A stretch of 64,000 nucleotides of DNA from Terriglobia bacterium. Its GTDB lineage: Bacteria > Acidobacteriota > Polarisedimenticolia > Polarisedimenticolales > JAIQFR01. Where the stretch lies: assembly GCA_963748015.1 (NCBI GenBank), contig CAVVHE010000004.1, positions 992,001 to 1,056,000 on the forward strand, written 5' to 3'. The notes beneath the pieces were generated by a model. The model was given only the letters and a program-made list of their open reading frames with translations. It ran no database searches and had not been told where the DNA came from. Of the stretch, positions 53,215 to 61,398 are shown piece after piece; position 1 is the first letter of the stretch; every line of letters starts with the position of its first letter. The position numbers and the translations under genes are program-made.

Positions 53215-54687
53215 TCAGGGGGCTTCGCCCTCCGAGCCCGCGCCGCCGACCAGGCTGACGTCGCCGTTCGCGACGATCTTCAGGACGGGACGGCTCATCC
53301 GGCCGATGTTCCCCTGCGCCTTGGCCCCGTCGTCCACGACCGCCACCTGCGGCAGGCCGCTCGACTCGATGCGGCCGTACTTCGCCACCGCCTCGACCCG
53401 GCAGCCGCCGACCGGAGGGAACTGCACCGTCACGCCGCCGCCGTTGTTCACGATCGAGCTGTCCGCGCCGCCCGCCATGGACGACCAGGACACCTCGACC
53501 TGCCCCCCGTCCGCATCCACGTCCACCGGACCGTTCAGCTCGGACAGCCGCACGTCCCCGACGCGACTCTTGACCTTCACCGCGTTCGTGATCTGGCTCG
53601 CGGTCACGTTGCCGTGATCGGACTCGATCGTCAACGGGCCCGCGGCGTTCTCCACCTCGATCGACGCGGACGTCGTGCGGATCGTGACCTCGCCGCCGAG
53701 ATCGGACACGCGGGAGGCGATCCCGACGCCGGCCACCGTCACGGCCCCGGACACCGACTGGAGCTGGACCTCCTCCGCGCCGTTTCCCTGGACCTCGACC
53801 GAGCCCTTCACGATGGCGCCTCGCACCGCGCCTCCCGTGGCGGTGACCCGCAGCGTGCCCTCGAGCTCGCGGAACTGGGTCAACGTGTCGCTCTCGATCG
53901 CGATCGCGCCCCTCGATTTCTCGAGCTTCAGCGTCGCCCCGCTGATCGAGAGATCGCCCCCTCGCTCGAGCCCGGTCACCTCGGCCCGGCCCCCACGAAC
54001 GCGAAGCCTGCAGAATCCCGCCGCCCCGGTCACCTTGACGTCGGTGCCGTCGAAGTCGCCGTCGACGGCCTCGCGGGCATCCCTCACGTCGGCGCTCCCC
54101 TTGGCGATCCGGAGGGAGACCGCCCCCAGGGCGCCGTCCACGGTCGCGTTCAGCTCCCGCCCCCGGGCGGTGACCGTCCCCGCGCTTCGCGTCGCGACGA
54201 GCGTCCCCGAGTCGATCTCGGCGGTCAGCGACCCCTCGACCCCCGTGGCGTCCAGCCGGTTCCGCGGCCCGCTCACCAGGACCGAGCCTAGGAGGCCGCT
54301 CAGCCGGATCACCGATCCTTCCGTCCGCACGATCACGCTCATGGCGGGAGGCACCCAGACCTGGAGGACGGCCGGCACCTCCCTGGCGCCCGTCGGCGGA
54401 ACGATCCGGAACGTCGTCCCGTCGAGCCAGAGTGCGACCGGGAGCGGCGCCTGCGTGGCTCCCCCCATCTCGCTCGAGTACTGGAGCTTCCCCGCCTCGC
54501 CCGCGACGATGGTGATCTGCCCCCGGAGCCGCTCGAGCTCGAGCACCCTCTCGTCCGTGACCTCGACGCCCCCCTGGGCCTCCTCCGCGAGGAGCTTGGG
54601 CCCCTCCGCCGCGGCCGCGCCGGCGGCGAGCAGCGCGACGATCAGGCCGCACGCCGCACGCACGATCCTTCGATTCACCGCCACCAC
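53215..54687 (-). CDS. Secreted beta-strand repeat protein (DUF4097/adhesin-like), copy A
   Basis: Signal peptide; repeated G-x-V/L-x-V-x-S/T..G..V units; C-terminal NGDV. Confidence 0.7.
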   Translation of the reverse strand: MVAVNRRIVRAACGLIVALLAAGAAAAEGPKLLAEEAQGGVEVTDERVLELERLRGQITIVAGEAGKLQYSSEMGGATQAPLPVALWLDGTTFRIVPPTGAREVPAVLQVWVPPAMSVIVRTEGSVIRLSGLLGSVLVSGPRNRLDATGVEGSLTAEIDSGTLVATRSAGTVTARGRELNATVDGALGAVSLRIAKGSADVRDAREAVDGDFDGTDVKVTGAAGFCRLRVRGGRAEVTGLERGGDLSISGATLKLEKSRGAIAIESDTLTQFRELEGTLRVTATGGAVRGAIVKGSVEVQGNGAEEVQLQSVSGAVTVAGVGIASRVSDLGGEVTIRTTSASIEVENAAGPLTIESDHGNVTASQITNAVKVKSRVGDVRLSELNGPVDVDADGGQVEVSWSSMAGGADSSIVNNGGGVTVQFPPVGGCRVEAVAKYGRIESSGLPQVAVVDDGAKAQGNIGRMSRPVLKIVANGDVSLVGGAGSEGEAP

Positions 54688-55391
54688 GACGCCTCCTCGC
54701 CCTTCGCGAATCTCTCGAGCGCGTCCCGCGCGGCCGCCTGCTCCGCCTGCTTCCGGCTCGCGCCCCGGCCGGTTCCCAGCACCCGTCCCTCGAGGGCCAC
54801 CTCGGCCTCGAACTCCCTCGCGTGCGCCGGCCCCGAGGTTCCGGTCACGGCGTAGCGCGGCGTCTGGTGCACTCGCGCCTGGATCAGCTCCTGCAGGCGC
54901 GTCTTGTAGTCCTCCGCCGCCTCGTCGCTCCCGAGCGCCTCGCGGAGAACTCCCCCGAGGTGACGGGTCACGAAGGACCGCGCCACGCGGAGCCCGCCGT
55001 CGATGTAGACCGCGCCGAGCACCCCCTCGAAAGCGTCGGCGAGGAGGGAGACCTTGTCCCGCCCCCCGGTGCTCTCCTCGCCCCGGCCGAGATGGAGGGC
55101 CTCGCCGAGACCGATCCGGCGCGCCGCCTCCGCCAGCGCCTCGGTGCGGACCACCGACTGCTTCCGCCGCGTCAGCACCCCCTCGTCGGCCTCCGCGTCC
55201 CGGCGGAAGAGCCAGTCGCCGACCACGAATCCCAGGAGCGAGTCGCCGAGGAACTCCAGCCGCTCCCAGTCGCCGCCCTGCCCGCCCCCGCGCTCGTAGG
55301 CGCGCGACCGGTGGGTCAGCGCGCGGACCAGCAGGGCGGGGTCCTTGAAGCGGTAGCCGAGGCGGGTCTCGATGTCCGCCCGGTCCGGCAT
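54675..55391 (-). CDS. rnc: Ribonuclease III
   Basis: ALTHRS, ERLEFLGDS, LADAFEGVLGAVYIDGG, dsRBD DYKTRLQE..KQAEQAAA. Confidence 0.97.
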   Translation of the reverse strand: MPDRADIETRLGYRFKDPALLVRALTHRSRAYERGGGQGGDWERLEFLGDSLLGFVVGDWLFRRDAEADEGVLTRRKQSVVRTEALAEAARRIGLGEALHLGRGEESTGGRDKVSLLADAFEGVLGAVYIDGGLRVARSFVTRHLGGVLREALGSDEAAEDYKTRLQELIQARVHQTPRYAVTGTSGPAHAREFEAEVALEGRVLGTGRGASRKQAEQAAARDALERFAKGEEASWWR

Positions 55392-55408
55392 TCCCACCGC
55401 GTCCTCGG

Positions 55409-55945
55409 TCAAGGGGCCGTCCTCGAGGGGGGAGCTTCCTTCACCTCGTCCGACACCTTGGTGAACTCGCGGCGCGGCCGCGCGTCCGCCTCGAATCGCT
55501 GCCCGCCGCGCTCCAGCGTGTAGGCCGAGAGGGTCAATCCTCCCGGCTCCACCACCAGCTCGTCCACGTAGCGGATCGGAGCGTTCGACGAGGCGAGAGG
55601 GGTCCCGGAGCACTCCACGCGCAGGTGTCCCGTGCCGGGATCGACGGCGGTGCGGAAGACGAGGTCGTAGGTCTTCGCCCCGTCCTGGATCGACTCGCCG
55701 CGCCCGTCCCACCCCGAGCGCATCGCGTAGGTCCCGTCGGACGACCGGACCGAGATCCGCGCCCGCCAGTCGTCTCCCTCCCGCACGATCGAGAGGGTCG
55801 AGCGGATCCGATCGTTCCCCTGCCCCCAGGTCCCCGCATAGCCGGTATCGCTCGCGGCGGGCTTGCGGGCGCAGCCTCCCGCGTGCGCCGCCAGGAGGAT
55901 GGCGGTGACGAGGAGGGCCGCGCTGCGTCGCGTCGTTCTCGGCAT
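55409..55945 (-). CDS. Hypothetical lipoprotein (lipocalin-like GTW motif), copy A
   Basis: Lipobox AGGC; clear paralog of 59083-59598. Confidence 0.75.
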   Translation of the reverse strand: MPRTTRRSAALLVTAILLAAHAGGCARKPAASDTGYAGTWGQGNDRIRSTLSIVREGDDWRARISVRSSDGTYAMRSGWDGRGESIQDGAKTYDLVFRTAVDPGTGHLRVECSGTPLASSNAPIRYVDELVVEPGGLTLSAYTLERGGQRFEADARPRREFTKVSDEVKEAPPSRTAP

Positions 55946-56021
55946 GACGTTCCAGGGGATTTTACACTCTGGGCGCGCGGCCGGCCGCAGGACGGAGCTC
56001 CCGGACTAAACTACCCCTCGC

Positions 56022-57617
56022 ATGAGATCCCCGGGCGCATCCAGGAGCCTCCTCGTCACGATCGCCGCCGCGGCGGCGATCGCCGTCTACGCCAACTCGC
56101 TCCCGAACGGATTCGCCCTCGACGACCCGGCGGTCGTCGCGGGGAACCCGCTCGTCACGGGGCAGTCCTTCGCCGCGATCTTCTCGGCGCCGTACCACCA
56201 CGGCCCGGCGCAAACGACGCCGACCGGCCTCTATCGCCCCGTCACCACCCTGAGCTTCGCGCTGAACCACGCGCTCGGGGACCTTCGACCGGCCGGCTAC
56301 CACGCCGTCAACGTCGTTCTGCACGCCCTCGTCTCGGCCCTGGTTCTCCTCCTGGGGCTCGAGCTCGGCCTCGCCCCGGCCGCGGCCCTCGCGGGCGCGC
56401 TGCTGTTCGCGGTCCATCCCGTCCACTCCGAGGCGGTCGCCAACGTGTCGGGGCGCGCGGAGCTTCTCGCGGCGGCGTTCTTCCTCGGAGCGCTCCTCGT
56501 CTTCGCTCGCGGCCGCGAGGAGGGCGGCCGCCTGCGAGGAAGCTCCCTCGCCTGCGCGGCGGCGCTCTCGCTCCTCGCGATGCTCTCCAAGGAGCACGCG
56601 GTGACCTTCGTGGGCGTGGCGGCCGCTTGGGAGCTCCTGGTGCGGCGCGAGCCGGGCGTCTCGCTTCCGGCGTTCCTCCGCGCCCGGAGACCCGAGTTGC
56701 TCCGCACCTTCTCTGTCTTGCTGCTGCCGGTGCTCGCCTTCCTCGCGGCGAGAGGGGCGGTGACGGGGACGCTCCTCCTGCCGCCGGGCGCCGTCACCCC
56801 GATCGAGAACCCCGCCGCGGGGCTCCCGCTCCTCGAGCGCTGGGCCCTGGCACTCGCCGCCGCGGGACGCTACGCCCGCCTTCTCGTCTTCCCTCGAACC
56901 CTGTCCCCCGACTACTCCTTCGCGGAGATCGTGCCGGTCCGCTCCCTCCTCGACCCGTGGCTGCTCGCGGGAGCGGCCTCCGCGATCGCTTTCGCGGTCG
57001 CGCTCGTCGCCGCCATGCGCCGCTCGCGGCCCGCCGCGATGCTGCTCCTCCTCGCGCTGCTCGCCTTCTCGGTCGTGTCGAACTTCCCGTTCACGATCGG
57101 GACGATCCTGGCCGAGCGGCTGCTCTACCTCCCGTCCGTGGGGTTGTGCCTTCTCGCCGGCACGGCGTGGCCGCTCGCGGCGCGGCGCACGGGGCGACGG
57201 ACCGCGGGCGCGCTCGCCGCGATCGTCCTGCTCGCGGCGTCCGCCCGGACGGTCGCCGCGAACATGGCCTGGCACGACGACTTCGCGCTCTACTCCAACG
57301 CGATCTCCGCGGCGCCCCGCAGCGTGCGGGTGCTCGGGAACCTCGCCGTGGAGCTCGCCACGAGAGGGCGACTCGACGAGGCGGCGTCTCTCCTCCAGCG
57401 CGCCGTCGCGCTCGCCCCCGACTTCGCTCCGAACCGGATCAACCTCGCCGGCGTCTTGTTGAAGCAAGGCCGTCCCGACGCCGCCGAGGTCGAGGTCCGC
57501 CACGTGCTCGACCGCGACCCCGGCAACGCCATCGCCCTCGCCCAGCTCGGCGCGATCCGCGCCCGGCGCGGCGCCGCCGCCGGCGCGCGCGAGGCCCTCC
57601 CGCGCCTGCCTCGCTAG
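56022..57617 (+). CDS. TMTC-like GT-C/TPR protein (copy 3)
   Basis: FALDD, LYRP, HPVHSEAV, GRAE, SKE, ENP, PDYS, AERLLYLPS, TPRs. Confidence 0.82.
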   Translation: MRSPGASRSLLVTIAAAAAIAVYANSLPNGFALDDPAVVAGNPLVTGQSFAAIFSAPYHHGPAQTTPTGLYRPVTTLSFALNHALGDLRPAGYHAVNVVLHALVSALVLLLGLELGLAPAAALAGALLFAVHPVHSEAVANVSGRAELLAAAFFLGALLVFARGREEGGRLRGSSLACAAALSLLAMLSKEHAVTFVGVAAAWELLVRREPGVSLPAFLRARRPELLRTFSVLLLPVLAFLAARGAVTGTLLLPPGAVTPIENPAAGLPLLERWALALAAAGRYARLLVFPRTLSPDYSFAEIVPVRSLLDPWLLAGAASAIAFAVALVAAMRRSRPAAMLLLLALLAFSVVSNFPFTIGTILAERLLYLPSVGLCLLAGTAWPLAARRTGRRTAGALAAIVLLAASARTVAANMAWHDDFALYSNAISAAPRSVRVLGNLAVELATRGRLDEAASLLQRAVALAPDFAPNRINLAGVLLKQGRPDAAEVEVRHVLDRDPGNAIALAQLGAIRARRGAAAGAREALPRLPR

Positions 57618-59086
57618 CGCGGAAGCGGGGGGGTGGCGGCGGGCCTGGAACGCCGGGGCGGCGGCTTGAGCGCTAGAAGTCGGACGTCGCCGTTGGCGAC
57701 GAAGCGGATGATCGCCGAGGCGCCCTTGCCGACGTCTCCCGCCGAGGACTTCCCCGTGTCGTCGGCTTCCACGCCGGGCACCTCGCTGTCCACGCGGCCG
57801 AAGGTGGTCCTCGCCTCGATGCGGCAGGCGCCGGTCGAGGGAAGGGTCGCGACGATCCCGCCCCCTTCGTTCCGGACGAGGCTCTCCCCCTGCCGAGGGA
57901 ACGCGGACCAGGCGACCCGGGCCTCCTGCCCCTCGGCCTCGAGCTGCAGGGTGCCGGAGAGGCCCTCGAGGCGAACGACGCTCTTCTTCCCGCTGACGTC
58001 GAGGGGTCCGGAAGCGCGGAGCACCGTGATGCTCCCCGAATCGTTGTCGAGCATCAGCGGACCGGACGCGTCCTCGATCGTGATGTCCGACCCTCCCGAG
58101 TAGATCTCGGTCTCCCCCCGCACCCCCTTGAGCCGCAGGGTCAGCCCGTCCCCCTGGAAGCGCATCGGACCGTTGACTCCGGCGATCTCCACCGTGGGCC
58201 CCTCGCTTCGCACCTCGAGGAGGTCCCCCGCTCCCGAGCCGGTGACGGCGCCGCCGTAGCTGTCCACGTGGAGCGGCCCCCGCAGGTCGGCGAACTTCAG
58301 CTCCGCGTCGGTCGTGACCTCGACGTCTCCGGCGTTCCCGCGGATCTCCGCGGGGGTCCGCTTGAGGCCCAGGATGCTCTCGCCGCCCAGCTCTCCGGCG
58401 AAGACGGTTCCCCCGCTCGCCCGGATCGTCGCCGGCCCCCGCACCCCATCGCAGCGGAACGCCACGGCGCCGAGCGTGGCGGTCATGCGCCCTCTCACGT
58501 CCTCGATCGAAGCACTCCCGCCGGTCAGATCGAGGGACGCCGGCCCCGTCCCGGAGAGCTTCAGGCCGAGGTCCGTTCCGTGCACGGCCACGTCCCCCGA
58601 AACCGCGCTGGCGTCCACCGCGCCGTCGTGAAGATCGAGGGTCAACGAGCCCTCGATCCCGCGTCCCGACACCGCGACGCGGCTCCCACGGATCTCGACG
58701 TCGTGGGGGACGTCCCGGAACCTCACGGTGGTGTCGGAGACCTCGAGCAGCACCGACACCCCCTCGGGAACGGCGATCTGCAGGAACCGCGGCGCCGGGG
58801 CCGTCCCCGGGACGGCTTCGAGCACGAACGAGTTTCCATCGAGCGACAGCGCGATGGGCACGGGGGTCTGTTTCCCGCCCTGAGCCATGCTCGCGTAGCG
58901 GAGCTCGCCGGGAGAGCCGGCGCCGAGGTAGATCTCTCCCTCGAGGCCCCGCACGACGAGGCGCGTCTCCCCGGTCACGGGCACGATGCCGGCGGGCTCG
59001 GTCGAGAGGGCCTCCCCGCCTTCGGCGCGCGCGAGGACAGCGAGCGAAAAGGCCATCGCCCACGCGGTGGAGCGGAAGCCCGTCAT
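57614..59086 (-). CDS. Secreted beta-strand repeat protein (DUF4097/adhesin-like), copy B
   Basis: Signal peptide; paralog of 53215-54687 (shared LxY.S..GG.Q.P.P.AL.LDG, N.GGG, CR.EA..GR, VANGDV). Confidence 0.72.
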   Translation of the reverse strand: MTGFRSTAWAMAFSLAVLARAEGGEALSTEPAGIVPVTGETRLVVRGLEGEIYLGAGSPGELRYASMAQGGKQTPVPIALSLDGNSFVLEAVPGTAPAPRFLQIAVPEGVSVLLEVSDTTVRFRDVPHDVEIRGSRVAVSGRGIEGSLTLDLHDGAVDASAVSGDVAVHGTDLGLKLSGTGPASLDLTGGSASIEDVRGRMTATLGAVAFRCDGVRGPATIRASGGTVFAGELGGESILGLKRTPAEIRGNAGDVEVTTDAELKFADLRGPLHVDSYGGAVTGSGAGDLLEVRSEGPTVEIAGVNGPMRFQGDGLTLRLKGVRGETEIYSGGSDITIEDASGPLMLDNDSGSITVLRASGPLDVSGKKSVVRLEGLSGTLQLEAEGQEARVAWSAFPRQGESLVRNEGGGIVATLPSTGACRIEARTTFGRVDSEVPGVEADDTGKSSAGDVGKGASAIIRFVANGDVRLLALKPPPRRSRPAATPPLPR

Positions 59087-59598
59087 CGGGCCCCGACCGC
59101 CGGAACGCCCGCGACCGCGTCCGCCACCTTCTCGAACGAACGCGTCGGCCGTCCGTCCCGCTCGAATTTCTGCCCGTCCCGCTCGTTCGTGTACGACCAG
59201 AGGAGCTTACCTCCCGGCTCGACCACCAGCTCGTCCACGTAGTGGATGTCGAGCTTCTCCGGCTCGAGCCGCCGCTCGCGGCATTCGACCAGCAGGCGAC
59301 CGGTGGCCGGATCCGTCCTCGTCGAGAACTCGTAGGTCGCCATGAGCTTGCCGAGGAGCTTCTCCTCGCACCGCCCGTCCCAGCCGCACGTGACGTCGAG
59401 CGAGTGCTCGTAGGAGTGCTTCGACCAGCGGAAGAGATGGCGATCGCCGGCTCTCGCGATCGCGACGATCGAGACGCCGCGGTCGTTTCCCTTCGCCCAG
59501 GTGCCGGTGTAGCCGGTGTCGCTGACCTTCGGCCGCACGCTGCAGGCCGGCCACGACAGGATGCAGACGATGATCGCGAACCATGACAGCCTCTTCAC
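59083..59598 (-). CDS. Hypothetical lipoprotein (lipocalin-like), copy B
   Basis: Lipobox WPAC; shares SDTGY.GTW..GNDR, GWDGR, VEC, YVDELVVEPGG with copy A. Confidence 0.78.
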   Translation of the reverse strand: MKRLSWFAIIVCILSWPACSVRPKVSDTGYTGTWAKGNDRGVSIVAIARAGDRHLFRWSKHSYEHSLDVTCGWDGRCEEKLLGKLMATYEFSTRTDPATGRLLVECRERRLEPEKLDIHYVDELVVEPGGKLLWSYTNERDGQKFERDGRPTRSFEKVADAVAGVPAVGAR

Positions 59599-59608
59599 GT
59601 CCCCCTCC

Positions 59609-61382
59609 TCAACGGATTCCGATCTCGCGGAGAAGTCCCGCGTCGAGCGCGATCCCGGCCTCCGCGGCGTCCCGCGCCGCCTTCCTGGCCTCCTCGAGAT
59701 CGCCCGCGCTCGCGAGCGCGATCACGAGATTCGTCCGGCACGCGGCGTGCGTCGGGTGCGCGGAGAGCGCCCGCCGGAGGATCGGCACCGCCTCGAGCGC
59801 CGCCCCGCGACGGATCAGCAGCGCGGCCAGGTTTCCGGCGGCCTCCGCGCTCGCGGCATCGAGAGCGAGCGCTTCGCGATAGGCGACCTCCGCGTCCGCG
59901 GCGCGCCCGGCCGCCTCGAGGACCGCCCCGAGATCGAACCGCGCCGTCGCCGAGGAAGGATCAAGCTCCGACGCCCGCCGGGCGTCCCGCTCCGCGGCCC
60001 CGAGATCGCCCGCCTGCCGGTACGCCACCGCGCGGTTCGCGAGCGCTCCCGCGAGCTCGACGCGCGTGAGGTCCGCGGACGGGACGGCGAGCGATCCCGC
60101 CAGGAGCGCCGCGCAGGCCCCCCCCGCCCACGCGCGCCGCCGGGCCCGGACCTCGAGGGCGCCGGCCAGCGCGGCCAGGCCGCACCCCGCCGGGACGCAC
60201 AGCAGCACGGAGGCGGGGAGCCGGTAGCGGCTCGACGCATAGAACAGGACCGGTGTCGCCGCGCAGGCGAGGATCGCGCTCCAGACGATCCCGCCCCCGC
60301 TTCCGCGGAAGCCGAGAGCGACGAGTCCGGCGGCGGCAAGTCCCGCGATCAGCGCGAACGGCACCGGGGCCGCCCGCCTCCACGGGTTCTCGTCGAGGGC
60401 CGGGGCGTAGTCGAGGCCGTGCTCGGCGTTGTCGAGGAAGAGGAGCGCGCGTCTCGCGACGAGCCGCGCCGTCCCTGCCGGGTCGGAGAGCCGCGCGCGG
60501 ATCGCTTCCCGTCCCCACCACCCGTCGGCCTCCACCGGATCGAGCGCGGCGTCCGGCCCGCGCGGACGCGATCTCGGTCGCTTCCCGGCGCTGCGTCGCG
60601 ACGGCGCCCGTGAAGCCCGCCGGGAGGGTGAAGCCCCCCTCCGCCCCCGGCCCGTTGCCGTGGTACAGCGTCATCCCGGAATTCGAAGAGACCGCGACGA
60701 CGTGGCCCGAGACGGCGAGGTTCCGAACGGCCACCGGGAGGACCACGATCGCCGTCCCGGCCGCCAGGAGGGTCGCGACCCGCGCCCGTTTCCGGATGGC
60801 CTCCAGGAGCGCCCAGAGGGCCGCCACGAGCAGGAGGTTGGGACGCAGGAGGGACGCCACCCCCGCCCCGGCGCCCGCACCCATGGCACCGACGGCCAGC
60901 CTCTTGGAAGAAGAATTATAAGTAGTCGCGACCCAGGCCGAGGCCGCCAGGATCAGGAGCGCCGCCGGCTCGCCCAGCGGCCTCGAGGCGAAGAACAGCG
61001 CGGGGTGGTAGAGAAGAACGAGGGCCGCGGCGGCGAGACCCGCGACCTCCCCGGCCGACCTTCGCGCCACGAGGGCCAGCAGGCCTGCCGCCCCCACGAC
61101 CGCCAGCTGCTGCAAGAGGTAGAGCAGCCCGAACCGTTCGCCGAAGGCCGCCAGGAACCCCGCGAGAAGCCACGGGTAGCCCGGGGCGAGGTAGTACGCC
61201 CCCGGCGGGCCTCCCCTGCCCGCAACCAGGTCCCGCGCCCACTCGAGGTAGTACGCCCCGTCGAGCATCGGCCTCGCGAACGCGGGGTCGGTGGCGGGCT
61301 GGGCCAGCACGTAGGCGGCGCGCGCGACGGCCCCCGCGGCGAGGAGCGCACCGAGCGCCACGGCGAACGTCCTGCGGGTCAC
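59609..61382 (-). CDS. GT-C (ArnT/PMT-like) membrane protein with C-terminal TPRs; apparent frameshift near 60549
   Basis: PMLDGAYYLEWA, APGYP, RPN, RN, GMTLYHGN, then (other frame) LDPVEADGWW...SRYRLP...TPR. Confidence 0.72.
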
Positions 61383-61398
61383 GCGGGCGCCCTCGGCC

